Notes under the pieces: model-generated
Database searches by the model: none
Seen by the model: only the letters and a program-made list of their open reading frames with translations
Told to the model about the DNA's origin: nothing
Assembly (NCBI GenBank): GCA_900317745.1
Contig: ONHW01000010.1
Span: forward strand, 911 to 64,910
Source of the DNA: an uncultured Bacteroidales bacterium
GTDB lineage: Bacteria > Bacteroidota > Bacteroidia > Bacteroidales > Paludibacteraceae
Direction of reading: 5' to 3'
Length of the DNA: 64,000 nt
Translations under genes and position numbers: made by a program
Shown here: positions 8,249 through 15,742 of the stretch, piece after piece
Layout: each line of letters begins with the position of its first letter
Position numbering within the stretch: position 1 is the first letter of the stretch

Positions 8249-9559
8249 TTACATATCGCCTAAGCTCAAAGCAACAAACTGTATATCATATCCGCGGAAA
8301 TGGGCACGTATGTTTGAGAACTTGTCTTCCAATGTCTGTAGGTTGATTTTATTCTCGTTGCGTTTCACTTCGCCTACTGTCACGCGTTTGTCTAACTTCT
8401 CTATAGCTATCAAATCTATCTCGTCCTCTCCGTTCTTATCCCACCAGTGACCTACTTCCGTCACACGTTGCTTCTCGGCATACTTCTGTCGGAAATAACG
8501 CTCCAACATCATCCCGCTGAACTGGTCATAACCTTTGTATATGGTTTCTTTTAACAGATCGGACTTGCCCATCTCAACCATCGAACGGTTGGATTCGATA
8601 AACCGAAACCAGAATGTAAGGAAGTTATCATACAAAGCGAACTTTATTCCCTGTGAATTAGGTTTAGCAAACATCGGACGCACTTTCTGAATGAGGTTGT
8701 ACTCATCCTCCAAGGTAGCCAAATACCGTCCGTTGTTGCCGCCTATGACGCTGTCAATCTGCGACTGTGTAGTCATGCTGTTGGCTATTAGTTGCATGAT
8801 ACTGAAATATACTTGATAGCGTTTGCCGAATTCCCCGACTAATAGTTCCGTACCTTCGTTGAGAAATGCCGAACCGTTTTGGCACACTGCGTCAATCATT
8901 TGTTCCTTGTTTACCGCACGTGCATCCATGAGTAACTCCACATATTTCGCTACTCCGCCGCTAATGGTATAGAGCATCAACAGATCCTCAGAGGTGTAGT
9001 TTGGATTGTTATCCGACAAAATCTGCTTGAGCAGTTCGGTAGAGAAGGGTTGCAAACGTATCTGAGCAGTTGCTCTGCCGAACAACGGTTGCTTATTGTC
9101 GCGAAAAATCTTAAGCATCATCGAATAAACCGAACCGCAAGCAATAAGGTGAATATGCGATGTGTCTTTGTAGCTGTCCCATACGTTTTGGATTTCATCC
9201 ATAATGGCGGGATTGATGTCATACAGGCGTTGGAACTCATCCACCATAAACGTTACATGATTTTGCTCACTGTAGATCATCAACTCACGCAGTATATCTG
9301 CGAACTTGCTTGCGCGCCCATAAAGATGCAGACCTAATACGTTCTCTGCCGTTTGTTGCAATTCCTGACAAAGCAGTTGCTCTGATTTCTGGGATACAAA
9401 GAAGTAAAGGATTGGCTTGCCTGCATAGGCTTGCTTTACCAGCGTCGTTTTGCCGATTCGTCTGCGCCCGATGAGCAGCGTAAATACTGCCGTTTGCTCC
9501 GATTGACGATCTAATTGCAATAACCGCTCAATCTCTTGATTTCTACCGTAAAACTTCAT
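8249..9559 (-). CDS. AAA+ ATPase (archaeal-ATPase type) with C-terminal DUF234 / PD-(D/E)xK-like domain
   Basis: Walker A LLIGRRRIGKTTLV and Walker B TFMVDEFQ. The C-terminus GEDEIDLIAIEKLDKRVTVGEVKRN looks like a D...E.K nuclease motif. Confidence 0.8.
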   Translation of the reverse strand: MKFYGRNQEIERLLQLDRQSEQTAVFTLLIGRRRIGKTTLVKQAYAGKPILYFFVSQKSEQLLCQELQQTAENVLGLHLYGRASKFADILRELMIYSEQNHVTFMVDEFQRLYDINPAIMDEIQNVWDSYKDTSHIHLIACGSVYSMMLKIFRDNKQPLFGRATAQIRLQPFSTELLKQILSDNNPNYTSEDLLMLYTISGGVAKYVELLMDARAVNKEQMIDAVCQNGSAFLNEGTELLVGEFGKRYQVYFSIMQLIANSMTTQSQIDSVIGGNNGRYLATLEDEYNLIQKVRPMFAKPNSQGIKFALYDNFLTFWFRFIESNRSMVEMGKSDLLKETIYKGYDQFSGMMLERYFRQKYAEKQRVTEVGHWWDKNGEDEIDLIAIEKLDKRVTVGEVKRNENKINLQTLEDKFSNIRAHFRGYDIQFVALSLGDM

Positions 9560-9610
9560 GATTGTTGTATTTTTACAAATTTGTAAATTACAAAAATGTT
9601 AAATTCGCTG

Positions 9611-9618
9611 CAAAGATA
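9611..9618 (-). promoter_or_regulatory. -7 box TATCTTTG for the DUF234 ATPase gene
   Basis: The minus strand reads TTTTTTTTGTATCTTTGCAGCG about 50 nt upstream of the ATG at 9559. Confidence 0.45.
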
Positions 9619-9620
9619 CA

Positions 9621-9686
9621 AAAAAAATGCGATTCTTGCAAGAAAAATCTGCGATTTTAAGCAAAAAAATCTGCGATTCTATATAC
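9621..9686. repeat. Three imperfect 22-bp phased repeats (A-tract + TGCGATT)
   Basis: TGCGATT occurs at 9628, 9650 and 9672 (spacing 22 and 22), each preceded by A5-7. Confidence 0.7.
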
Positions 9687-9829
9687 AATTGTCTATCCGA
9701 CATGATAAATTCGGTCCAATAATAACTATTCGTCATAATCCTTGCGTATGCCAATCATTTGTTATAATTTCACCTAAGCCATCTCAAACTGCGCAGCGAA
9801 AACCATCAAACCAACGAAAAAGAGACCGG

Positions 9830-10216
9830 CTAAACCGATCTCTTTTCCGCCACTAAAACAGCCCTTACAAAGTTGCCGAACTGCTTGCAGGGATCGTTGG
9901 CGGTGAGTTGGGCACGCCAACGGTAGTACAACTCCATGTAACGCGGATGCGATTTGTCGCGGATGATCGCAGTCGCCTCACGGCATGCGTCACGCCAACG
10001 GGATCGCTGGACTTGCTCGCCGGGCGTGAGAGGTGCGGACCTGTAGTCGCGACGGTTCTGAGCGTAGATCTCTTTCGGTCCCGTGCCGACAACTTCGCCG
10101 GTAAGGGGATCCTTGACATGTTTGATACGCGTTACACAATAACGCCGTGTGTCTTTTCTTTTACTTAATGCGCCGGTCAGTTCCTTGAACTCCTCGGCAG
10201 GTACGTAGTGAGCCAT
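9830..10216 (-). CDS. Hypothetical small basic protein (128 aa)
   Basis: ATG-initiated ORF with Arg/Lys-rich sequence (KRKDTRRYCVTRIKHVK, QRSRWRDACREA). I recognise no family. The 22-bp repeats abut its start codon. Confidence 0.5.
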   Translation of the reverse strand: MAHYVPAEEFKELTGALSKRKDTRRYCVTRIKHVKDPLTGEVVGTGPKEIYAQNRRDYRSAPLTPGEQVQRSRWRDACREATAIIRDKSHPRYMELYYRWRAQLTANDPCKQFGNFVRAVLVAEKRSV

Positions 10217-10223
10217 AAAATTA

Positions 10224-10311
10224 TTTACGATTTGGTTATTTACAATTTACGATTTGGTTATTTACAATTTACAATTTGGTTATTTATTATTTGGAATTTG
10301 TCCGTTTGGTA
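10224..10311. repeat. 3 x 22-bp direct repeats plus a degenerate fourth (iteron-like)
   Basis: TTTACGATTTGGTTATTTACAA at 10224-10245 and 10246-10267 (identical), TTTACAATTTGGTTATTTATTA at 10268-10289, then TTTGGAATTTGTCCGTTTGGTA. Confidence 0.9.
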
Positions 10312-10435
10312 GAGGATACCTCGCTTAGGCATACTTATTGCTATCTATTTACCTCCGACAATCGTTAACAAATGACTAAGAATATATAAGAACAACTAAC
10401 GATTTCGCGTCGGCAAATGGATTGCAATTTTTTGC

Positions 10436-10499
10436 ATGACCAACTTGACCAAGTTGACCAAGTTAAAGCAAAGATGGTCAAGTTGGTCAAGTTGGTCAT
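10436..10499. repeat. 24-bp inverted repeat built from 9-mers (GACCAAGTT / GACCAACTT), 16-nt spacer
   Basis: ATGACCAACTTGACCAAGTTGACC (10436-10459) pairs with GGTCAAGTTGGTCAAGTTGGTCAT (10476-10499) with one mismatch in 24. The right arm overlaps the DUF3987 stop codon. Confidence 0.85.
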
Positions 10500-11755
10500 A
10501 CCACTTTTTTATACCATCCATACTTAAACTTCTGTACTAAACCATTCTGCTGCCAATCTTCATTCCATCGTGTGGCCGTTCGCGCCGAGATACCTTGAGA
10601 GGAAGCTTCGGCGATGAGTGTTTTGGACTCAAACTCATCCGGAAGGAGAGAAAGGAGCATGGCTCGCTGGTCGAGGGGTTGAATCTTCGGGACAGATGGT
10701 TGCTCGGCACCGTTGATCATGCGGTAGGCAGCTGCCATGTGGAGGATGAGCTTGTTGCCGATGAGCTCGGCTGTGGCGTAATCGAGGTCGGAGCAGACTA
10801 ACGGGTCAATCTCCGTCCCCTCCTTGAAAGGAAAGGAGAGAGTGCGAAGCGCCGTTAGTATCATCGCTATCCTCTCAATATGTACTGCCATGCGTAGGAC
10901 GACGGAGTGGAAGTTCTCGCCGAGTTGGGACATAAGTGCCGGATAGGCGGTCTCGAGGTGATTGCCGAGACGTGTGCGCTGGTCGGGCGTGAGGCTGAAC
11001 TCTACGGGCTGACTCTTGTACAATGCCTGGCAGATTTTGAACATTTGCTCAGCAGCAACAGCCATGACGGTATTTGAACCGGCTGCCGGTTCGACATACC
11101 GGCTGCTGAACGCCTGATGACCGTTCACAATGAGCGTGAGCAGGCGCGAGAAGTAGCCGTTCTCTATGCTCGGCACGAGTGCACGGTACTGGCTGAACGT
11201 GCCGGTGAGCAACACCGACAGTTGCGGGCACGGGATAGACGAGCTGTCGTTGGCGCGGTTACGCGTGATAGGCTCGTGCTCCGCGGCTTTGCGCAGCGCG
11301 GTGTTGTAGCTGGTGACGGACGAGCGCCATACATCGGTAATAACCGATCCTTCCGACTCGTGGATATAGCCGTGACCGTTCTGACGCTCGAGCTGACGGT
11401 AGAATCCCGGGTACGACGAGTCGCCGGCAATAACGAGCGGTAACGCCTCGTTCACCTTGCTGACCAGTTCCAGCGCGAGGTTGGCTATACCTTTGCCGCA
11501 GGCGGCTGAGCCTACAATGAAACATTGCAGGTTAGGGTAGTACCGTTTGCCCGTCAGACCATAGCGGAAATACAGATTGGGCATACAGCTGCCCGCTGCC
11601 GTGAGCAGCGACATCAAGAGCATGTCGCGTTCTCCGTCACTCTGCGCGAGTGACATAATAGGTTGAATCATTGCAGGCAGGTTAGCCGACTCAATGTGGT
11701 TGGCGATGTGCAGATCCTGGTCTGCTTCCATCGCGGGATGTGAAACTTGAATCAT
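10496..11755 (-). CDS. DUF3987 (YfjI-like) domain protein, putative helicase/primase-associated protein of mobile elements
   Basis: 419 aa with a P-loop-like FIVGSAACGKGIANLA. The overall resemblance to Bacteroidales DUF3987 proteins is recalled from memory, not searched. Confidence 0.6.
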   Translation of the reverse strand: MIQVSHPAMEADQDLHIANHIESANLPAMIQPIMSLAQSDGERDMLLMSLLTAAGSCMPNLYFRYGLTGKRYYPNLQCFIVGSAACGKGIANLALELVSKVNEALPLVIAGDSSYPGFYRQLERQNGHGYIHESEGSVITDVWRSSVTSYNTALRKAAEHEPITRNRANDSSSIPCPQLSVLLTGTFSQYRALVPSIENGYFSRLLTLIVNGHQAFSSRYVEPAAGSNTVMAVAAEQMFKICQALYKSQPVEFSLTPDQRTRLGNHLETAYPALMSQLGENFHSVVLRMAVHIERIAMILTALRTLSFPFKEGTEIDPLVCSDLDYATAELIGNKLILHMAAAYRMINGAEQPSVPKIQPLDQRAMLLSLLPDEFESKTLIAEASSQGISARTATRWNEDWQQNGLVQKFKYGWYKKVV

Positions 11756-12058
11756 AGTTGTTAAATTTTTTAATGGTTAATTTTTTTGTGTGAACTCGTG
11801 ATTGCGTGATCGCGTCATAGCGAGTTTGCGTGGTCTTGTAATCGCGAGGTTGGAAGGCTCAAAATTTCGAATGCCCCTCCATAAATATATAGGAGTACGA
11901 CCTATGCACGATAATGCATGTTTTGCATAGCTCGTTTTTGCAAAACTTGCGACAATTTCATGCTACTCGCGGCGTTGACAATCAGTGAATTACAAAAATC
12001 TATGAAAAATTTGTCGCAAAATTCATTTTCGCGATTTGCATATATCAAAATTTTTTTG

Positions 12059-12066
12059 TATCTTTG
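12059..12066 (+). promoter_or_regulatory. -7 box TATCTTTG for the 387-aa orphan gene
   Basis: TTGCATATATCAAAATTTTTTTGTATCTTTG at 12036-12066 is nearly identical to the cassette at 5497-5527. The ATG follows only 10 nt later, so the mRNA would be nearly leaderless. Confidence 0.5.
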
Positions 12067-12075
12067 TAGCCTGAT

Positions 12076-13239
12076 ATGTTAGAAGACTATAAAATTGACG
12101 ACCGGTTACGGTACGTGAACCACTATTTGAGAGTGGCAGGAACGGATGTTCAGATAGGCGGTGTGGCAGGTGCTGCGCTGCTGAGTGCGTTGATTGTGGA
12201 TACTTCAGAAGGCGCCCGGCGCGGAATAGCTATTGACAGCGAGACGGATCAGGCGGCTTGGATACAGAAGTACGAGCAGGAAGTCCGTCGCGACGAGTGG
12301 GGACTGATCGTCACCGAGATCGGGCTGCTCAACGATGCGTACATCGACATGGTAACTACCGAGACCGACTGGACTGACCTGTGCCCGAATGTGCGATTGC
12401 TGGATCTGGCATTGCGATTGGTGAGGAACTATATGCACTACCTGACTATCGAGGCATTCGGCAGCCATATTTGGGAGTGCGTGCCGTGGCAGGCGCCGTT
12501 TGCCCAATGGCTGATCAACGCGGCGCGTGTGGAGACTCGCCGGCAACTGTTCCTGCAAACCGACTGGATGGACGCCGTGCTTGTGAATGCGTTGAATGAG
12601 AAACTGTTACACGCGGCGAATGATGATAAGGAAGAGCCGACGCTTGTGTTCGACGGCGAAGCGGTGGAGGACATCTTCATGCGCTACTATACCTGGGCAT
12701 GGAATACGTATCAGGCACAACTGCGCGAGATTCCCGGTTCGCAACCACGTGCCGCCAAGCACCGAAACTACATGGTGGAGCAGGAGACCGATTGGACGTT
12801 CCTGAGCGACGAGATACAGTCGCTCAATGAGGAACAGCAAGAACTGTGGGCAAAGTGGTTGCTCGATTGGCAGAAATTTATCACCCGCCAACTCAACCCC
12901 GAACGACCCGTACAGTTCTGGGTAAAAGGGGTGAGTGAATACCAGCAGCGGCAGTTGACTCAGTTCCTGCGTACTCAGGAGAAGGAGTGGGACTACTTCA
13001 AGTGCCTGTCAGCCGCTATTTATGCCTTACGGCAGATGGGTTACGTACGCCGCGCATGCGTGCCGCGCGAAATCACCCGCTGGATGACCGAGCAACTCGT
13101 AAATGACTATACTACAAAGAATAATCAAGACCAGTTTGCACGTGCATGGAAGGAGTTAACACGCTATAACAGCGAGGTAATATATTACGTTAAGTTGCTG
13201 GGAGATTATGGCGTCACACATTTTGATAGCAAAAAGTGA
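12076..13239 (+). CDS. Hypothetical Trp-rich acidic protein (387 aa), no recognised domain
   Basis: Long ATG ORF directly behind a consensus promoter. The motif (E)TDW recurs (TETDWTDL, LQTDWMDAV, QETDWTFL) and there are many W residues (WAKWLLDWQKF). Confidence 0.6.
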   Translation: MLEDYKIDDRLRYVNHYLRVAGTDVQIGGVAGAALLSALIVDTSEGARRGIAIDSETDQAAWIQKYEQEVRRDEWGLIVTEIGLLNDAYIDMVTTETDWTDLCPNVRLLDLALRLVRNYMHYLTIEAFGSHIWECVPWQAPFAQWLINAARVETRRQLFLQTDWMDAVLVNALNEKLLHAANDDKEEPTLVFDGEAVEDIFMRYYTWAWNTYQAQLREIPGSQPRAAKHRNYMVEQETDWTFLSDEIQSLNEEQQELWAKWLLDWQKFITRQLNPERPVQFWVKGVSEYQQRQLTQFLRTQEKEWDYFKCLSAAIYALRQMGYVRRACVPREITRWMTEQLVNDYTTKNNQDQFARAWKELTRYNSEVIYYVKLLGDYGVTHFDSKK

Positions 13240-13282
13240 CTTGGAAGACAAATTAAAAATATAAATACTGTGAAATAAGCAA

Positions 13283-14623
13283 ATGAAATACAACGAACTC
13301 AAGCAACGAATTGTGCAATTCCTCCGCAGGCAACTCAGCCTCACGGATTATATCGATGCGCAGGCGGCATCCGATAATGTACGCAGCAATATTCCTTTCC
13401 GCGGACCGAACATCTACATCCTGTTCGTGGCTATCGTGATCGCCTCCGTCGGGCTGAACGTGAACTCCATACCCGTGATCATCGGCGCAATGCTCATATC
13501 GCCGCTCATGAGCCCGATCATCGGATTCGGTATGGGACTCGGTACGCACGACACCAACCTGCTCATCCAATCGCTCAAACACCTGGGGATAATGTTCGCC
13601 ATCAGTCTGTTGGCGTCAACGCTGTATTTCCTTGTCACACCGCTCGAGACGGATAATCCTACCGAACTGCTTGCGCGTACTAACCCCTCGATCTACGATG
13701 TGCTGATTGCGTTCTTTGGCGGCATAGCCGGCATACTCGAACTATCGCGCAAAGACAAAGGTACGGTTATGTCCGGCGTGGCTATCGCTACGGCACTCAT
13801 GCCGCCGTTGTGCACCGTAGGGTACGGCATAGCCAACTGGAACTGGCAATACGCCGGTGGAGCGTTGTATCTGTTCTTTATCAACTGCATATTCATCGCC
13901 CTGGCTACGTACCTCGCGGTCAGGTTCCTGAACTTCCCGGCTATAGAACACAAGACATCCTACAAGACAGTCGTCTCCTACAGCCTGCTTATCCTGGTAG
14001 TGCTGGTGCCCAGCTTCTTCAGCGCATACAATATAGTCATGGAAAACCGCTTCGCCAACACCGCACGGCATTTCGTCAAAGACAATAAATCCATCGGCGG
14101 CACGTATATCTACGACTACACGACGGATATGAGCAGCAAGCCTTATACGCTAACCTTGCGTCTGGCAGGCGAGACTCTGTCAAGCGAGGCACGCGCACGA
14201 CTCTACGCCGAGGCGGAGACGCGGGGCATAACCCACGCGCAACTGCTGTTCCTTGAGGATGCAACCATCGAGGTGCGCCGACTCAATGAGACAGAGATTA
14301 TGCGCGATTGGCTGTCCACCACCGAAGCACAACTGCGCCAGCGTGATGATTCTATACGCACACTCGTTGCACGGCTGGAGGCGTACGAGTCACAGATCCT
14401 GCCATCCGAACAGATAGCACAGGAGCTGCACGCCCAGTGGCCTGCCATAGGGCAAATAACTCTCGCACGCGCCGACTCAACGGTGCTGCTGATTGTATCG
14501 GAAAAAACAAGTGCGGCTGATTCTGCCGCACTCATGGATGAAGATCTTACCCGCATCAACAACTGGCTCGCTATCCGCCTGCACACACCATCCGTACGAA
14601 TCATCAGAGTGGATGACAAATAA
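13283..14623 (+). CDS. DUF389 family membrane protein
   Basis: Hydrophobic N-terminal half with IIGAMLISPLMSPIIGFGMGLG and MPPLCTVGYG, typical of DUF389/TIGR00341 as I recall it, followed by a soluble C-terminal half. Confidence 0.7.
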   Translation: MKYNELKQRIVQFLRRQLSLTDYIDAQAASDNVRSNIPFRGPNIYILFVAIVIASVGLNVNSIPVIIGAMLISPLMSPIIGFGMGLGTHDTNLLIQSLKHLGIMFAISLLASTLYFLVTPLETDNPTELLARTNPSIYDVLIAFFGGIAGILELSRKDKGTVMSGVAIATALMPPLCTVGYGIANWNWQYAGGALYLFFINCIFIALATYLAVRFLNFPAIEHKTSYKTVVSYSLLILVVLVPSFFSAYNIVMENRFANTARHFVKDNKSIGGTYIYDYTTDMSSKPYTLTLRLAGETLSSEARARLYAEAETRGITHAQLLFLEDATIEVRRLNETEIMRDWLSTTEAQLRQRDDSIRTLVARLEAYESQILPSEQIAQELHAQWPAIGQITLARADSTVLLIVSEKTSAADSAALMDEDLTRINNWLAIRLHTPSVRIIRVDDK

Positions 14624-14684
14624 CAAACGTCAAACGTCAAACAACCTCAAATCTCAAACAACATCATACATCAAACATCATACA

Positions 14685-15680
14685 TCAAACATCCATTAGC
14701 GTTTCCGCAATCTGAATGGCATTGAGGGCAGCACCCTTGCGGATCTGGTCTCCTACGCAGAAGAACGAGAACGAGTGATCATCCGCCAGATCTTTGCGCA
14801 GACGGCCGACTGCCACTTTGTCCAAACCGCTGCGATCAAGCGGCATAGGGTAGGGCTCAACCAGTTCGCAACCCGGTGCTTCGGCTATCGCCTGACGAAT
14901 AATATCCAACGACAACGGGTGCTGCAACTCGCACCACACTGCCTCTGAGTGTGCGCGCAAGGTCGGCACACGCACGCATGTGGCGCTGACGCGGATATCC
15001 GAGTGCATGATCTTGCGCGTCTCGTTATACATCTTCAGCTCCTCTTTCGTATAGTCGCCATCGGCAAAAACGTCGATATGCGGAATAACATTGTACGCCA
15101 ACTGATGCGCAAACCGCTGCACGGTTGGCTGCTCGCCGCGGGCTATCTGGTTATATTGCTCCTGCAACTCCTGCATAGCCTGTGCACCTGCCCCGGATGC
15201 TGACTGATAAGTCGCTACATGCACGCGCTTGATATGACTCAGCGGCTCAACGGCATTCAGCACCACAGCCATGATGATCGTCGTGCAGTTCGGGTTGGCA
15301 ATGATATGCCGGCTGCCCTCCTCCAGCGCCTGCAAGGCATCCTCGGGATTGATCTCCGGCACTACGAGCGGCACATCTTCGTCCATGCGGAAAGCCGACG
15401 AGTTGTCTATCAGAATAGTGCCGTACCCGGTTATCTGCTCGGCATATTGGCGCGAAGTGGACGCACCTGCCGAAGCAAAAGCGATATCTACACCCTCAAA
15501 TGAAGTAGCAGGTGTAAGTTCTTCTACCACAATCGGTTTGCCGTTGAACATATAGGACGTTCCGGCACTGCGGCTTGAACCGAACAGACGCAGACTGTTG
15601 CATGGAAACTTCCGCTCCTGCAGTATCTTGAGCAGTTCTTGTCCCACTGCTCCCGATGCACCAATAATTGCTATATTCAT
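14685..15680 (-). CDS. asd: Aspartate-semialdehyde dehydrogenase
   Basis: [15 protein letters not shown] (NAD(P)-binding), active-site IANPNCTTI, and SASGAG. Confidence 0.9.
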   Translation of the reverse strand: MNIAIIGASGAVGQELLKILQERKFPCNSLRLFGSSRSAGTSYMFNGKPIVVEELTPATSFEGVDIAFASAGASTSRQYAEQITGYGTILIDNSSAFRMDEDVPLVVPEINPEDALQALEEGSRHIIANPNCTTIIMAVVLNAVEPLSHIKRVHVATYQSASGAGAQAMQELQEQYNQIARGEQPTVQRFAHQLAYNVIPHIDVFADGDYTKEELKMYNETRKIMHSDIRVSATCVRVPTLRAHSEAVWCELQHPLSLDIIRQAIAEAPGCELVEPYPMPLDRSGLDKVAVGRLRKDLADDHSFSFFCVGDQIRKGAALNAIQIAETLMDV

Positions 15681-15742
15681 TTTTTTTAGTTTAGAGTTGA
15701 GCGTTTAGTGTTGAGAGAAGTTTATATGTGTAAAGTATTAAG

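Larger units (their letters stand above)
9600..13250. mobile_element. Candidate remnant of an integrated replicative element (no integrase seen)
   Basis: Contains a DUF3987 gene, iteron-like repeats, a long inverted repeat and two orphan genes. Spot G+C counts were 63% (11221-11280) and 68% (12481-12540), against ~47-48% at 20 kb and 35 kb. Confidence 0.35.

Noticed and set aside
8226-8450. A 74-aa plus-strand ORF downstream of the orphan promoter.
   Set aside because: It is entirely antisense to the 3' end of the DUF234 ATPase gene and its sequence is low-complexity Ser/Leu-rich, so there is no independent support for coding.
11756-12075. Scattered CGCGAT/ATCGCG-containing words and an ATGCAT palindrome in the divergent control region as a specific operator set.
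   Set aside because: The copies differ in orientation and spacing, so I could not derive a consistent motif by eye. This would need a proper motif search.
14625-14700. A C/A-rich, G-poor tract with short direct repeats (CAAACGT x2, CATCATACATCAAA x2) between DUF389 and asd.
   Set aside because: It is a short, imperfect, low-complexity spacer between convergent genes that also supplies the last asd codons. I could see no structure or second copy, so it is probably just a non-hairpin termination zone.
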